A stretch of DNA of 64,000 bases, taken from positions 48,796,001 through 48,860,000 of the forward strand of contig NC_087437.1 in NCBI RefSeq assembly GCF_036321535.1, read 5' to 3'. The position numbers and the translations under genes are program-made. Below are positions 38,063 through 51,887 of the stretch, piece after piece; within the stretch, counting starts at the first letter, position 1, and each line of letters opens with the position of its first letter. A model generated the notes under the pieces. That model was not told the origin of the DNA. It searched no databases and was given only the letters and a program-made list of their open reading frames with translations. Source of the DNA: Camelus dromedarius. Lineage: Eukaryota.

Positions 38063-41000
38063 GTAAGTAACTTCTACTAAATGTTAAATAAGTTAAATGT
38101 TACTTAATTACACACAGTGACTTAATTGACAATTAGTCTTTTGTGATACCTTATTTCACTTAAAGTTATGTGGAGTGTTTTTCTTTTCCTTTTCTTCTTT
38201 TATAATAATGTATGTTACTTGTATCTCATTATTGTCATGTTAAAATGTTTTCTTCTGTACAGAGTGACCCACTAATAAGACTTACAATTTTTATAAGTTT
38301 GTCATTAGTTTTTCTTAAGCCTCTCCATCCTTTGAGCTCTTTCTTGTCATTTGCTTCATGTCTTTTTATCTTTTATTTATCCATCAAAATTGTCATAGTA
38401 CTTTTTGAGAAGGTATTTGTGATAATTTTTTTCTTTTGTTTAGTGCAGAAGAAAAAATGAGTGGACTAACAATAGGGTAATAAACTTCTACACAGTAGGC
38501 CCTGAATAAATAATAATTGGTTGTTGCAAAGACATAGAATAAGGTAAGAAGTCACGGGCAGGAGAGAAGGATATAAGGGGAGGTTTCACTATAAAGTTTT
38601 TGACACTGTTAATGAAAATCACTGTACCCCATGGGTTGTAAATTAAGTGACAAAAGTTTTTGAATTTGAAGCTGAAGTTACAGCATTATAGCTTGGGATT
38701 AGTTGTTTAATAGCTTTATTATTAACATCCCCTATATCTGTGCTGCCCTTTTAAATGCTGTTTGAAACATGGGAACACTTTAGTCACATGTTAAATACTC
38801 TGATTATTCTGAAAGTTTAATATAAAAATAAGCATCAACATAAAGTAGTGAAGTTTACTAGGGGAATGATTTTTTTTTTTTCTTTGGAGGGAGGAGAGGA
38901 TTATCTATTGATTAGTTTTTTGACCTTAGTAAAAGAGAGCCGCTTGGGCTCCATTTATATATAGTTAGTTCTGTTCTGGCTTTAGGAAAAGAATTCTGTA
39001 TGTGTTTTTCGGTCAAAACATCAGTAGGAGAAGATTTAAAAAAACAGTACACTTCCACTGTAAAAAAAAAGATGTTTGTTTTGGCCAGTAACAAGTAGTG
39101 TACTTGAAACAGTAGTCCACAACACAAGAATTTGGATAGTTTTTTGTGTTCAACTGTTGGTTATCTAAAAAGCTTTTCACTTCTGCCCCCACATTTGGAT
39201 GGGTATGACATCTTGCCAGTTAACTAAGCTCCACTTTTATCTGTTCTTGGAAACTGTTGTTCACTGTACACTGAGTTGCTGGAGAAATGAGTTGATATGT
39301 TAAAATTGAATATAAGCTTCATGAATTCTGTATAATTTTAATAAATGTTAATATAATAGAATGTTACCAAATGCTTATTTTTGTCAAATGAAAACATCTT
39401 TGATGAGAAAGCTGCTTTTGAAAATGATCCCCTTTACTTAAATCATACTCCATCACTGACATACTAACATTGTGGTTGCTCCTTTTACAGAACATAATTT
39501 AATTTAGATTTCTTGTAAAAATGATTTGGAGGTGAGTGTTTCCAAGGGAGTCAGTGTTGTTTCCAACCCAACAATTCAATAGAAGATAGCCTTGGTGTTG
39601 AATTTTTGGTAATGTTAGTTTTGAGTAAAAATTCCTGATACTTCAGAAATAAGGAAGTTGGATGTATTTGTAGCTCTCAGATTCTTTTTATTCATTTTAT
39701 CTATGTATTGTTAGGTCCAGTCATTTTTCTTTTTTCCCCTCTATTCTGGCTTGGTTGGCTTTGGTGATTAGGGGTTATGTGTTTACTGTTTAGGAAATAC
39801 GTATTAGCGAGTATTACATGTGTTGGTGAAATACTCAAAAATAGTGGAAAACTTCAATTGTTTTTTGTGTATAATAATACTACATTTGTCTCAAGTGTTT
39901 TATGGGTGAAGCAGCCTTTCAAAAAATAGTGCATTCTTAGTTCAAGTGAAAGAGAAAAAGAGGACTGAGGAGTAAAAGAGAATGAGGACTGCTTGGGTAA
40001 GTTACAGAGCAGAGAGGTTTTCCATACATACTCAGGTTTTAAGAGTTCTAGACTTTGACCAAAAATTCCCATCCCTCCCAAATCAAAAGAAATTTATTAC
40101 ATGATAATTGGTTTGAAAGTGAATTGAAACCTTTCAACTTCTGGAAGCCTTCCTTAATCACTTCTCTACTCTGTCCCTTCAGCATTTATGCTCAATGCTC
40201 AAATTATACTACAGGTCTGCTTCAATTTGTCAGTATGCTTTGAAATTTGAACTGTGGAAATGATCAGTTAAAATATTAACAGTCTCTGGTGGGACTAAAT
40301 AAAACTGTCAACTAGATCCTTGCCATGGACCCCGGAAGGATGATGAATGTTCACTCACCACTGGTACAGTTCACAAGAAGGAAGGGGCAAAGATTTTGGG
40401 GAGTGATTATGATATATCAACCTGACTTTTGTATTTTCGAAAAGATATTTGCTTGTTTTTAGCAGGGTCAAGGATGGAGTTGCTGCTTGAGCGTCACTGT
40501 TAACATGAAGGTTGCTTTTGTATGATGCTGCTAGGGCTACTCAGAGAAGACGTACATCATGTGAATTTCCTCTCCTACTCTTTTTCTTTTTCCCTCTCAG
40601 TTGCTGCTGCTTTTAAATTTAGGGTTACTGGGGAAGGAGGTTTGAGACTAGGGATAGAAAATCCTATAATAGTGTCTGCTGTATTGGCTGGCTTACTTTT
40701 GCCATTGTTCCTTTATTTATTCTTTATTGGAAACTGTTCTCTTAAGCATGCAATAGGAAATACTTCCATTTTAACCTCTTTCAACCGAAATTTATTGTCC
40801 TAATAAATTGCTGATATAGTATAAAAATTTAATTAATTGAGAACTGGGACTTAATAACAAATATGGTATTGCTGTTAACTATAAGGGATACATCTATTCC
40901 ATATAGTGGTGGTTACCTGAATATTTACTTTTGTTACCAGGTAACACTACTCAGTATTGCTTTGTTATTTGAGTGTGTGTTAGCTTTATAACAAGTGCGT

Positions 41001-41734
41001 TCCTAAGGGGAAGAGCATCTTCATGTTCTCCTTTAATTGTTGGATACTCAATAACTGCTATTTGACAGACTTACAAAGTGTGATGAAGGTAAATAATTTG
41101 AATTTTATTTCATTTTACAGTATTTCATATCTAGAAAGACAGCAAAACATATACATGTTGTATGTAGTTGCATATCTGTGAAGTAGTTTAAGAATTTATG
41201 GGTATAGAATGTAATGCTTGTTAAATGTAAACATTTTATTTCTGTGAAGAGAATATTCGTTTTATAAGAATCTTCAAGTCCTAGGTGTCTTAAACAAATA
41301 GGAACTTGAAAATAAATGCAAGATTGAATTTATTAGTTGTTTGAATAATATATGTAATATGTAATAAATTGATATGATTAATGCCAAAATAAGTTTTCTT
41401 TCTGTCTTCATTTATATTTCCAAGCTTTTGAAATGGGTTGGGCTTGATAATATAAAAATATAAAAATGATACAGAACATATTGAAAAATACTTAAGACTT
41501 TGAAAATGTCTCACGTGAGCAGCACTATGAATCCCAGTTAATAGTAGTAACCTTAGGTGTACTGAAGAGAAGCTGGTTTCAGACCAAGGATAAAATTCCT
41601 CACTCTGAGAGTGACAAGGTGGAGCTTTGCTTGGTTTTTCTAATTTGATAGCAAGTCATAAATTATTTGGGCTGGTGTTGAAATGATAATATTGGGTTTT
41701 AACTTATCATTATATTTGTTTCTTCTTATTAAAG

Positions 41735-41844
41735 GAAAAGTAATTGGGAAAAATGGCAAAGTTATTCAAGAAATAGTGGACAAATCTGGTGTGGTTCGGG
41801 TGAGAATTGAAGGAGACAATGAAAATAAACTGCCTAGAGAAGAT
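41735..41844 (+). CDS. FXR1: FXR1 exon 10, KH2 ([37 protein letters not shown])
   Basis: cttattaaag|GA ... GAT|gtaagt; 110 nt; GKNG GxxG loop. Confidence 0.98.
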
Positions 41845-44800
41845 GTAAGTATTTAAAATAATTTAATTCGTCTTTTTTTTTTCCCATGTTTTCTTGGTTT
41901 ACTTACAATGTTACAGTTTCAGAGTTGTAGGAAAGTTATATCCAGTGAACTACTTACACTCTGCAGCAGATTTTTCTTTTAAAAAAATTCTGTTCCTTAT
42001 AATATTGCTTTATACACTTAGAAAACAAGTCATATTTCAGTTGCGGGCCTTGGGCTCTTGGTTGGTTTCTCAGTACTTCAGTAAAAAAGCTACTTTTTGA
42101 TAAAAATGCTTCAGTTTGATAATCTTAACAGTTCTGTTTCTTTTTTGGAGTGTCAAGCTGTAAAATTTGATACTCTAAAACAGTCTGCTGTAAAGGAATT
42201 CTTAGTAACACTTTCTTTGACTTTTTTTTTTAAAGAATTTGAAAGCTCTGACCATTTCTTTATTGAAATCTTGAAGCTTTATATTGCTATTAATTCTGAT
42301 AACTTTCTGTAATTTCTTCAGTTTTCTTACATTTTGATGTTTTGTTCACAGAACTGTGTTTTACTTTTCATTTGTTTACTTTCAACATTTCTCACCTTTG
42401 TGACTCTAGTGGTCAACTCTGTATGTAGTTGTATGTCTGAATACAAGGGAAGGATTTCCCTCCCAAATTACCTCCCAGAAAGTAGTATGCTCGCATCTTC
42501 TTCAGTTTTGTACAGTAGATAACTATTTGAAGAGATTGTTAGCCTGTTGAATAGGATAAGTCTTGTTAAAGACAGAAAAAAGAGGGAGAGGGAGAAAGAG
42601 AACTGTAGGCATTAGTTCAGATAAATAGCTTCACGCTAATTATTGAATGCTGTAAAGATACCTTTGAAAGACAGCCATTTCCTTTATTCCTTTTAATTAG
42701 TTAGAATGTAGAGATAAATATACACTTAGAAATGAATGAGGGAAAGAATTAACTTAGTGTTATACAAATGAGTTCTTGTGGATTGATTTCATCCTACACT
42801 GCTTCAAAAATTGCCGTAAACCTCAAGTAATTTTAACCTCCTGTAAAGCAAACACTATGCCCCATGTGGTGGAGGGGGTGACCCCATTTTTCATGACTTA
42901 AAGATGCCTTTGACATAATGGTTAAAATCGGTGGTGTTATATTATTAAAAATTGGTGCTTTCCCCATTTATACTTAATATGTAAAATATGTCATCCATTT
43001 GGCATACAGCTACTGCCTAAAATTGATCTGAAGATCAAGATGTTTACTGACCAGGGTCATTTGACTCGGCTATAAATTTCTTAGCTTGATCCTAATATCT
43101 GGTTTTCCCTTAGCTTGACTTATTCTATTCCCAGTTGTTTTCCAGTATTTACTGTCTTGTTGCAAGCTAGTTCTTTTCAGGTCCTCCTTCATAAATTAAG
43201 AAGTTATTGTACTTTCCTGTGTTTATAGTTTTGGTCATTGTCACTGCCATTTCTCTGCCAGGGCTAAGAAATTAAAATGCTTAAACATACCAAACAGATT
43301 ATGTAAATGATTAAGCAGGTTGGGAAGCACAAGATAGTGATGGGAGGGCACATTGTGTCTTTCTGTAAAAGAAGCAGATGCTGCTCAGGTTTAATCTGGT
43401 TGCCATGTAGGAATGCATGTATTATGTGTTGCTGTATCTTCCAATATTTTTAAGATGAAACCAATAATACACAAAAATTTTTCAATTTTCAAAAGATTGC
43501 ATGTTATATCTAGAAGGCTAATACTTATTTAGAGCCACTATTTCACAACTTAAACTAACTCCCCTGGAGAGTCAGTTTATAACTTGTTTCCTTTGAAGTC
43601 TTTGCTAATTTACCTGTGGCCTGAAATGACCTTTCCCACCTGTAACTGCAGCCTTTATTGTCTGTGTAATTGTGTATTTAATATTTTCTTTAAGCTTTAT
43701 GTGTTGTTTTCTGGTTTATCTTGTGTCTCCAAGCCACGTTATGATCTCCTTGAAGTCAAAAAATTAAATCTGAATTCTCATGTTCTCCATTCTTTCCTAG
43801 CACAGTGAACTGTATAGAGTAGACACCTGATAAATATCTTATGAGTTTATTAAGATTTTTTAAAGGATAAGTTTGAGTTTTTAATTGTAAAGAAATAGGT
43901 TTATGTGAAAGAATAACTCGAGTAGAGTGTAAAAATATATTTGTGTCCTGTCCATGTCTGTCTTTCTCCATCATGCCTAATAGATGTAAGACTGTTGTCA
44001 GGTTGCCTTTTCATGTCTTTCACTGTTAAAAACAATGCTGCAGCAAAGGTTCCTTGTGACTGGAGAGTGAATTCCTGGAAGTGCATTTGTTAGATCAAAG
44101 GGCGTTTAAATTTTTAGATCTTGTTAGTTTTCCCACACATTCCTTCCACCAGTATAGGAAATGTCTAGTTTCCACGTTTGCCAATATTGGGGTTTTATCA
44201 AACTTTAATTAGTGCCATTCCAGAAGATATACGTGTTACCTTTCCGTTTGCTTGAAAGGCATTTTCTGAAAGCATATTGTCCTTTACATGTTTTTTGTCT
44301 TTTTTGTTACTGAATTGTAAGAGCTTTTTGTATTTGGTGGAAGTTAGTCTTTTCTCTTTTCATGTATGTGGCAAATATTTGTTTCTTTTGACTTTTTTTT
44401 GTTCCTGTGCAGGCATTCAAATTTTTTTGTACTGGATTTTTTTTTCTGACTTTTGCCTTATGACTTGTGCATTTTATATGTTGTTTGGCAAAGTCTTTCC
44501 TACCTGTAGATCATTCAGAATCGCATTTATATTTTCCCCTCCAGTTTGAGTTTGTTTTTCTTTTAATGACTAAATTTTTCTCTCCAATTAGAAATTGTTT
44601 CGTATAATGTATCGGGAGCAGGGATAAGCTTTAATTTTTTTCTGAGTGCTAGTTGTTTGTCTCAGTGTCATCTATTAACTGTAAATAATCAGTTAAAATT
44701 TTTTTAATCTAGAAAGTTCACTGAAATTACTTAGATGTGAATGCTTATATGCAGTAATAATCACCTACTCTTTATTCCAGATGTTTTTGTTATGGTTTAT

Positions 44801-46432
44801 AATAGCCATCAAAGTATTGTATAAAATATACACCATTAAGGATGCCTTTTTACCTCTCCTTTTCTTTGAAGGTAACTATTGGTGATAATATCGCCAGTTC
44901 AGGGTTAAGGCATTTTATTTCTCGTAATCCTTGCAGATTGATTGTCTGGAATGAATATCCCATCTTTATCTACTTGGTAAAATTCTAGTTGTTTTTAATA
45001 TTCACTTTAAATGGATAATACTCTGATGAATTCCCCTAAATTTCCACATCTGGGGGTGGCATAATTTCACATTCCACCTAATATTGCCATTTTTTTAATT
45101 CCTATCACTAATGCTGTACAGTAGTATTATAGGAATGTTTAGTATCCTTTCTGAGGTTATGGTTACCTTTAGAACAGGGACTTTGTTCTTATTCCTTAAC
45201 ATAGATTCTGGCAGTTAACAAGTGGATGTTATTTGGAATTAGGTGACTGGATATGAAATTGGCTGGCTCAGTTGCTGATTTTACGACTATGGGCAAATTG
45301 TTTTCTCAGCTGTAAAATTGAGATTTTTCTTAAAGTGACTTTAATGAACATTAAATGATGAACGTAAATAATACACTCTTGGAAATACGATACATGCTTA
45401 AAAGTTTTTAGCTCTCTCTTCCCACCCCCATCTCTTACTCACTTTGTATCCTGTATTATCTACCTGTGAATTCCTGAGGACAGGGTCAAGACTTTTTTCA
45501 CTTTAGAGTCCCTTGTTTATGCCTTCCTAGTTGTAGTTACTTCTTTAGTCACTAGGCTCCACAATAGCTGTGCTTTGTACTGTAGCCTTAGTACCTGCCC
45601 TAGTGCGATTCTTCTTTTTAGTCTCCCATGTTTAAAATAACTGTTAGGAACTGTTCTGTACAATCAGGAAAGTAAGGAAAGACATCGCAACTGGGTAAGT
45701 TTACTTAGGCTATACTCATTTCCCTTAACCAGTAGGAAACTGAAGTGTATTTCTTTAAAGGGAAAAACCCGTCATTTAGCTGTCTTATTTCTCTTCCTTC
45801 CCACTTTTTAAAACCTTCCTCTTTTGAAATTTAGTAAAATAAGCCAGGTCCAGGTTGATCTTTTCGTTTGCTTTAATAACTGGTGACTTATTTGCTTACA
45901 TCAGTAATTCCTTTATTTTACATCGTGTAAATATTTAGAGTCTGTAGATGATACTTATGTTAATGGTCACGAAGCACTCCTTTTAGTACACTGACACTGA
46001 AGGTTCTGCTATCTGAGCACATATTGTAGGGATAACCTGGCTAATGTGTTTGATTATGCTTTTAAGGCAACACTACTAAGGTGGTATCTAGTCTGAAAAT
46101 TCATGCCAATTTGAAGGAAAATTTCTTTTTAAATTGGTTTCCATAACTAGAAAATTAGATTGAATTAGAAATTAGAAAACATATAAACTGATACTTAGAA
46201 AGTAATTAAAAATTTTTAGCACACTTAAATGCTAAATTATAGTGTAAATAAGGCAGTTTATTGAAAAATCTCAGTATTTTAAATTATATTGATATTTTAA
46301 AAGTTTATTTTTAAACTTTGAAGTAAATTACTGCTCATTTTAGAAAATTTTTCCATATATATTGATATGTCATATTTAGGCTAGAACTTTTTAAAAAATA
46401 TTAAATACTGAGGATGCTGTGTTTTCTTACAG

Positions 46433-46519
46433 GGGATGGTTCCATTTGTATTTGTTGGCACTAAAGAAAGCATTGGAAATGTGCAAGTTCTTTTAGAGTA
46501 TCATATTGCTTATCTAAAG
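46433..46519 (+). CDS. FXR1: FXR1 exon 11 ([29 protein letters not shown])
   Basis: ttcttacag|GGG ... AAG|gtttgt; 87 nt. Confidence 0.97.
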
Positions 46520-46960
46520 GTTTGTATATTGTTCACATTCATATTGTTGCTCCACACATTAAACTTAAAATTAATATTTGTAGTAAATTTTAAATCTTTA
46601 AATATTTTTGTTAATTCGAGTTCATATTTGCCCTTTTTTCCTGCATGAGAGTTTAAAAATAAAGAGTCCTTTGCCATAATAAAATGATTGGCCTCATGCA
46701 CATTGTTTCTCTTTTCCTCTGAACTTCTACATTTCTTTCCTGTTTAAGACATGGTCACATTTGTGTTCTTGTAACTTAACTGTCATTACTTTTGTATCTA
46801 CATGTTCTGTATTGGAACCATTTTGTTTTTTCCTTTCTGTTTTATATGCAAATAGGGCACAGAACCATGAATGAAGGTGGGCTTTTCTGGATAACTGGTA
46901 TTCCCTGAATTAGATGCAGTACCCTCATAGACATCATTTGATAATCCTTAACCATCATTC

Positions 46961-47080
46961 TTTTTTTTTTTAACTTTTTTTTTTATTGAGTTATAGTCAT
47001 TTTACAATGTTGTGTCGTATTCCAGTGTAGAGTACAATTTTTCAGTTATACATGAACATACATATATTCATTGTCACATT
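46961..47080 (-). mobile_element. Very short, young L1 3' end insertion with TSD
   Basis: Poly-T followed by ttattgagttatagtcattttacaatgttgtgtc; flanks taaccatcattc / taacccgttgttc. Confidence 0.8.
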
Positions 47081-47893
47081 TAACCCGTTGTTCTTTATAT
47101 ACTATTGAGTTGGTAAGTAAAGAGCAAAGGTTTTAGAACTAAAAGAAATGCCCTATAAATTATTAGAAGTTGGAATTGTTGTTTTATACTCAATTTTTAT
47201 TTGTGCTGTATTTTTCTTGTTTAGCATATAGTACCTCATCTGCTCTGTCTCTAGTATGTTTTCCTTTTAGTCACTTGTACTACTGCTGCTATGTTAGTAT
47301 TTTGAAAGTGTCCCTGATAATGTCATTCCTTTCTTTTGAAACTCATCTTTAGGTCTCAATTCAATATGGCATTCCATGTTTTATATTCCACAACTCTACT
47401 ACCTTTTAGCCAAGCGCTTTCTCTAGACACCTTACCTTTGTTTCTGACCTTAATTTCTGAATGACCAAGTCTCCCAGTTCATCTAAGTGACAACTCTAGT
47501 GTGTCACTATTTTGATAGGAAAGCAGGTTATTAATGGTACCTTACCTCCTTTAGCAGTTTTTACTCCTTGAGGGTTAGATCTGGTAATACTGTGTAATCA
47601 TTAGCTATTTAATAAACAGGTTATTTTAACACTTGACTGTTAAACATTCTCTAGGTTATTTTGATGCTTGTCTGTAAACATTCCCTTAAAGGAGGAGAGT
47701 CCATGTCTTTTTTGCATTTAGTATGGTTGGGACATTTTAAAACATAAATTCACTAGGAACACAGTTACACTTTACCTAATAACAGCCCCAGATCGCAGCC
47801 TCTTTTATTGGTAGGGAGTATAGCTTGATCTCTAGGCTTTAGGAAGACAAAAAAAATACATGTAAGATTTACACTTTTTTGTTTTGATTATAG

Positions 47894-48101
47894 GAAGTAG
47901 AACAGCTAAGAATGGAACGCCTACAGATTGATGAACAGCTACGACAGATTGGTATGGGTTTCAGACCTTCTTCCACCAGAGGGCCTGAAAAAGAGAAAGG
48001 ATATGCCACTGATGAAAGTACCGTCTCTTCTGTACAAGGTTCTAGGTCTTATAGTGGAAGAGGCAGAGGTCGTCGGGGCCCTAATTACACCTCCGGTTAT
48101 G
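47894..48101 (+). CDS. FXR1: FXR1 exon 12: 12a 47894-47951 (NES-like [12 protein letters not shown]), optional 87-nt insert 47952-48038, 12b 48039-48101
   Basis: gattatag|GAA ... TAT G|gtaata. The internal GT(47952)...AG(48038) segment is 87 nt and open in frame ([29 protein letters not shown]). Confidence 0.96.
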
Positions 48102-50007
48102 GTAATAAAACATTTTTTTTGGGGGTAGTACTAGTTGAGGTGCTCCAGTACATTTTGCTTATTATTATTTAGTTCATCACTTTTTGACTTTGAGGGCAGG
48201 AGATGATTCTGAGGTCTATGTCTTAATAGTCGTGACAGCATACTCTGTATTAATGACAGTAAAAGATATGTAGTGTTCAAGTAGCAGTGTAATGAAATGA
48301 AATGTTTTTGTTAAGTTTATAGCTCATGATCATGTTTATTCTAAATATTTAGAATAAATATGTATGCAGCTTGTTTTCCACATATTTCCCTCATACAGTT
48401 GTATACAATTTCCATTAAAAACCTTGTGATGGTAGTGATACTACTAGGATTTATCTTTTGCCTAGCCTCTAGGAAAAGTGAACATGAAATTATGCTAATC
48501 ACTGTGCCTAGACTGCATGTAGCAAATACGTACTAGTTTTAAAAGTACACTTTATTGGTTCATTTGGCTGTTTTGAATATTAATATCTCACATATGGAAT
48601 ACGTGTCATATAGCATTTCAATATTATGAGGGCTTTAAAAGTGAGGAACTAATTAACATTTTATAAATAAACATTTTTCTAAAGTACATTCACTGAGGAT
48701 GGGGCCTGACTCATGTAGGAACAGGCCGGTGGACAGTTGATGAACATTGATTCTCTAATCCTAAATTTCTTACTTATTCTTCTTCAGCTTTGGAGTTCTT
48801 CCATTTTTCTACATTTGGACTTGGATCGTAGCTGTGACCTGATTTTTTTCCTCCCTTCTCTCTTCTCTACTCCTCTTTGCTCATCCTAACTGCTGTGGGA
48901 AAATATTTCATACACCTATTCCAGAATAGAAGGCATTTAGGGAAAGTAGAAGTACATGAAGGGTTACAATGTGCAGATTCCACATCCACATTTCATGTTT
49001 GACTGAAGTCATCTACCAGTGCTAGAGTTATATAGTAAATCTGTGCTATCTTGCATTTGTTGTAGAGTTGAAGAGTTAATTTTCCCTTCCACCCTTTTCA
49101 TTATTTTAAATTTAACCCTCTGTTGAAACCTGAAAGGTAAAATTCCAGTAAATGTGTCTGTATGTGAAGGACTGAGAATTGGAAAATACTGCATTCCTGA
49201 AAACACATTTAATACAAAAGACAGCCAGTAATTAAATAGAAATTGAGTACATACTGAATGATTTTAGGGGTATACGTTACTAGTACAAATAATCAGATTT
49301 GGCTTTTCAGGTGATGAATTATTGAAGAATTTTATAAGCCTCTGGGGAGACCACTTACTGATGAGAGGTCACTCTGGCAAAATGCTTTGTTGACAGAAGA
49401 TAATAAATGAGAATGGGAGGGGATTATCATTTGGAGTGAAGAAAGCTATATAAATTGTTCAGTAGATGGCACTCTTACCTCTGAATCTTTACAGACTAGT
49501 AACATTGTATTTTTTGAAATAACTGTTGAACTTAAGTGGGCTCCAGAGAAATAAAAATCATTTGAATTTGATTATAGGTGTTCTTGTGCACTTAATAGCA
49601 GAAGTATTTTTAGGTGATGATATATGTAAGCTATTTTTCTCAATATAACATCTCTGAAGTTGCTATGTCTTATAATGGATGATGTCTTAGAACTTTAATT
49701 GGCAGTATTTTCTTGAATGGCACACAGAGTACTATGATTTATAATGGATGGCATGTTGGATTTGGTGAAATACGACGTTAGCATACATATTCATTGAAAA
49801 GGATGTGAACCATCTTCATAAGATGATTTTAGAAGTTTACAGGAAAATATGGTTTAAAATTCTGTTTAAAACATTTCTATCTTTTGGAGTCTTTAAGATT
49901 GAATCAGCTTCATGAGTCATTTTTAACGTCCCCCCCCACCTTTTTTGATTCATGAACTTACATTTTACAAAATTGAGAGATTGGAATGATTGCAATGATT
50001 TCAACAG

Positions 50008-50400
50008 AGTATTTGTTTTCTGTTGCTTCTGTAACAAATTCAGAGGCTTGAACAACACAAATTTATTGTCTTTCAGTTGTAGGTCAGAAATCTGATAGGA
50101 GTCTCAGTCTAAGAGTTGGCATGTATGTATTCCGTTTTGGAAGCTCTTGGGGAACATCTGTTCCCTTGACATTTCCAGCTTCTAGAGGCCACCTTCATTC
50201 CTTGGCTTATGCCTCTCCATCCCCACTTCATCCATCTTATAAGCCTGTAACTATGAAGAATCCTTATGCTGTTATTTCTCTGGTTCTCTGTAGCTGGGAG
50301 TGGTTCACAGATACCCATGTGATTAGTTTGACCTTACCAAGATAATCCCCCCATCTCAATATCCTTAACCTTAATTAATCTGTATAGTTCCTTTTGCCAT
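50008..50400 (-). mobile_element. MaLR LTR (MLT1-like)
   Basis: tgtaacaaat...aacaacacaaatttatt...ttccagcttctagaggcc...attccttggct...atctcaatatccttaac are MLT1 hallmarks. Confidence 0.8.
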
Positions 50401-51467
50401 CTCAAAATTGGCTAAGGGTTGTTTAATATTAAGAAAGTGGAGCACTACTCAGTTTATTAGCTCTTTCTGTTTTTTTGTGTTTTTGACCTTAATAGCTGTC
50501 TTTATCTACTGAAATCTGTTTATGAGTTAGACACCTTCTTTAAGTATCTTGAATACTAGATTTAGGTTAAACTTAAAGAGTTTCTTTGCTTTGATGCTGA
50601 GTTAAATACACTGTATTTCTAAAGAGAATTCAATAGGAACTTTTGTTAAAATCTTTAAAAATTACTCAACTACCTTCAAATTGGTTATGTTTTCAGGCAG
50701 GGTATATAGGTGTGTAATTTTTTTTTTTTTAGCTTCTTATGAAATGATAAATTGCCCTTATTCCACTAAACCATGACATCAGTTAATGAAGTTTTTTTGT
50801 CATTTGGAAAAATAAGTGTTTTGGGAGAACATTTCTTAACAAAGACTCCTATGTGAATAATAGAAGCTTGCTGTGGTTTTCCTGAAATGTACTTCTAATT
50901 TGCTACTGAATCCATTCTTACATAATTGACTAGCTACATCCATATTTAATGGCATATGGAGGGAAAAAAAGATGGACTGAGTTATCTTTAAAGGAGAAAG
51001 AAAGTTGGTAGGCTTCTTCGCTTGTTAAACTTTACATTTTGTTCCCTGTACCTTAGTACTTACAACTTTGTGCATCTGAAAATCTTTTGGTTTGCTTTTA
51101 TCATCAATGACTGTGGCGTTAATATAGGGTATTTTTAGCTTATCATGTAGTCATTCACGTTTGGAGTTTAGCAAAGGAACTTCAAAATCAGGCAGCAAAT
51201 TCATTTATCAAGAGGAAATTGATAATGCACATTGCTAGGCTTCTGGGGGCATTTAGAGGTTTAAGACAGAGCTCTACCCTTTAAATATATTACAGACCAA
51301 GTGGGAAGTAAATCCAAACGGAGAAAGATAGAAAACAGCACATGACAGTACAGCATGATAGATGCACATTACTTTTAAGGAAGTAAGTGGAGAGGTCTGT
51401 TCACAGTTAAATTGATCTGAAGTTAAAGACATTGAACTGGGCTTTGAAGGACATATATTTGAATGTA

Positions 51468-51887
51468 TAGATTTCCCATACTATCGGAAAGTAGAGTGTT
51501 CCTTTGCAACCTATTTTAAGCTGAAATGGCATAATGTGAAGAAGCAGTTACCTTAGGACACATCTTGCTAATAGATGCACAAAATAAATTGAGATAAAGC
51601 ATAGATGTTCACAAAGTTCAAAGCTATGGTGGCTTGATGCTGAGATGCTGAGGTTTAGTTCCCTAGGAAGGATCTGGGCAGTGCCACTTTCACTGGGGTG
51701 CTCGCTGCATCTATGATGGCTTACTCTAAAACAAATACTGAACGCTATTTTCTCTTTGTGCCTTTTTTTTTTTTTCCTGGAAGTGAAAATCTTTGGATTT
51801 CTTTTGGTTGGTGAAAACAGGTGCTAATATAGGTCTTTTATGAAAGCAAAGTGGTGTGTAGTGAACTTTTGAAAAGCAGATTACCTG
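51468..51887. mobile_element. TcMar-Tigger-type MITE
   Basis: TA-flanked, with degenerate inverted termini (tagatttcccatactatcggaaag ... cttttgaaaagcagattacctg). Family not assigned. Confidence 0.6.
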
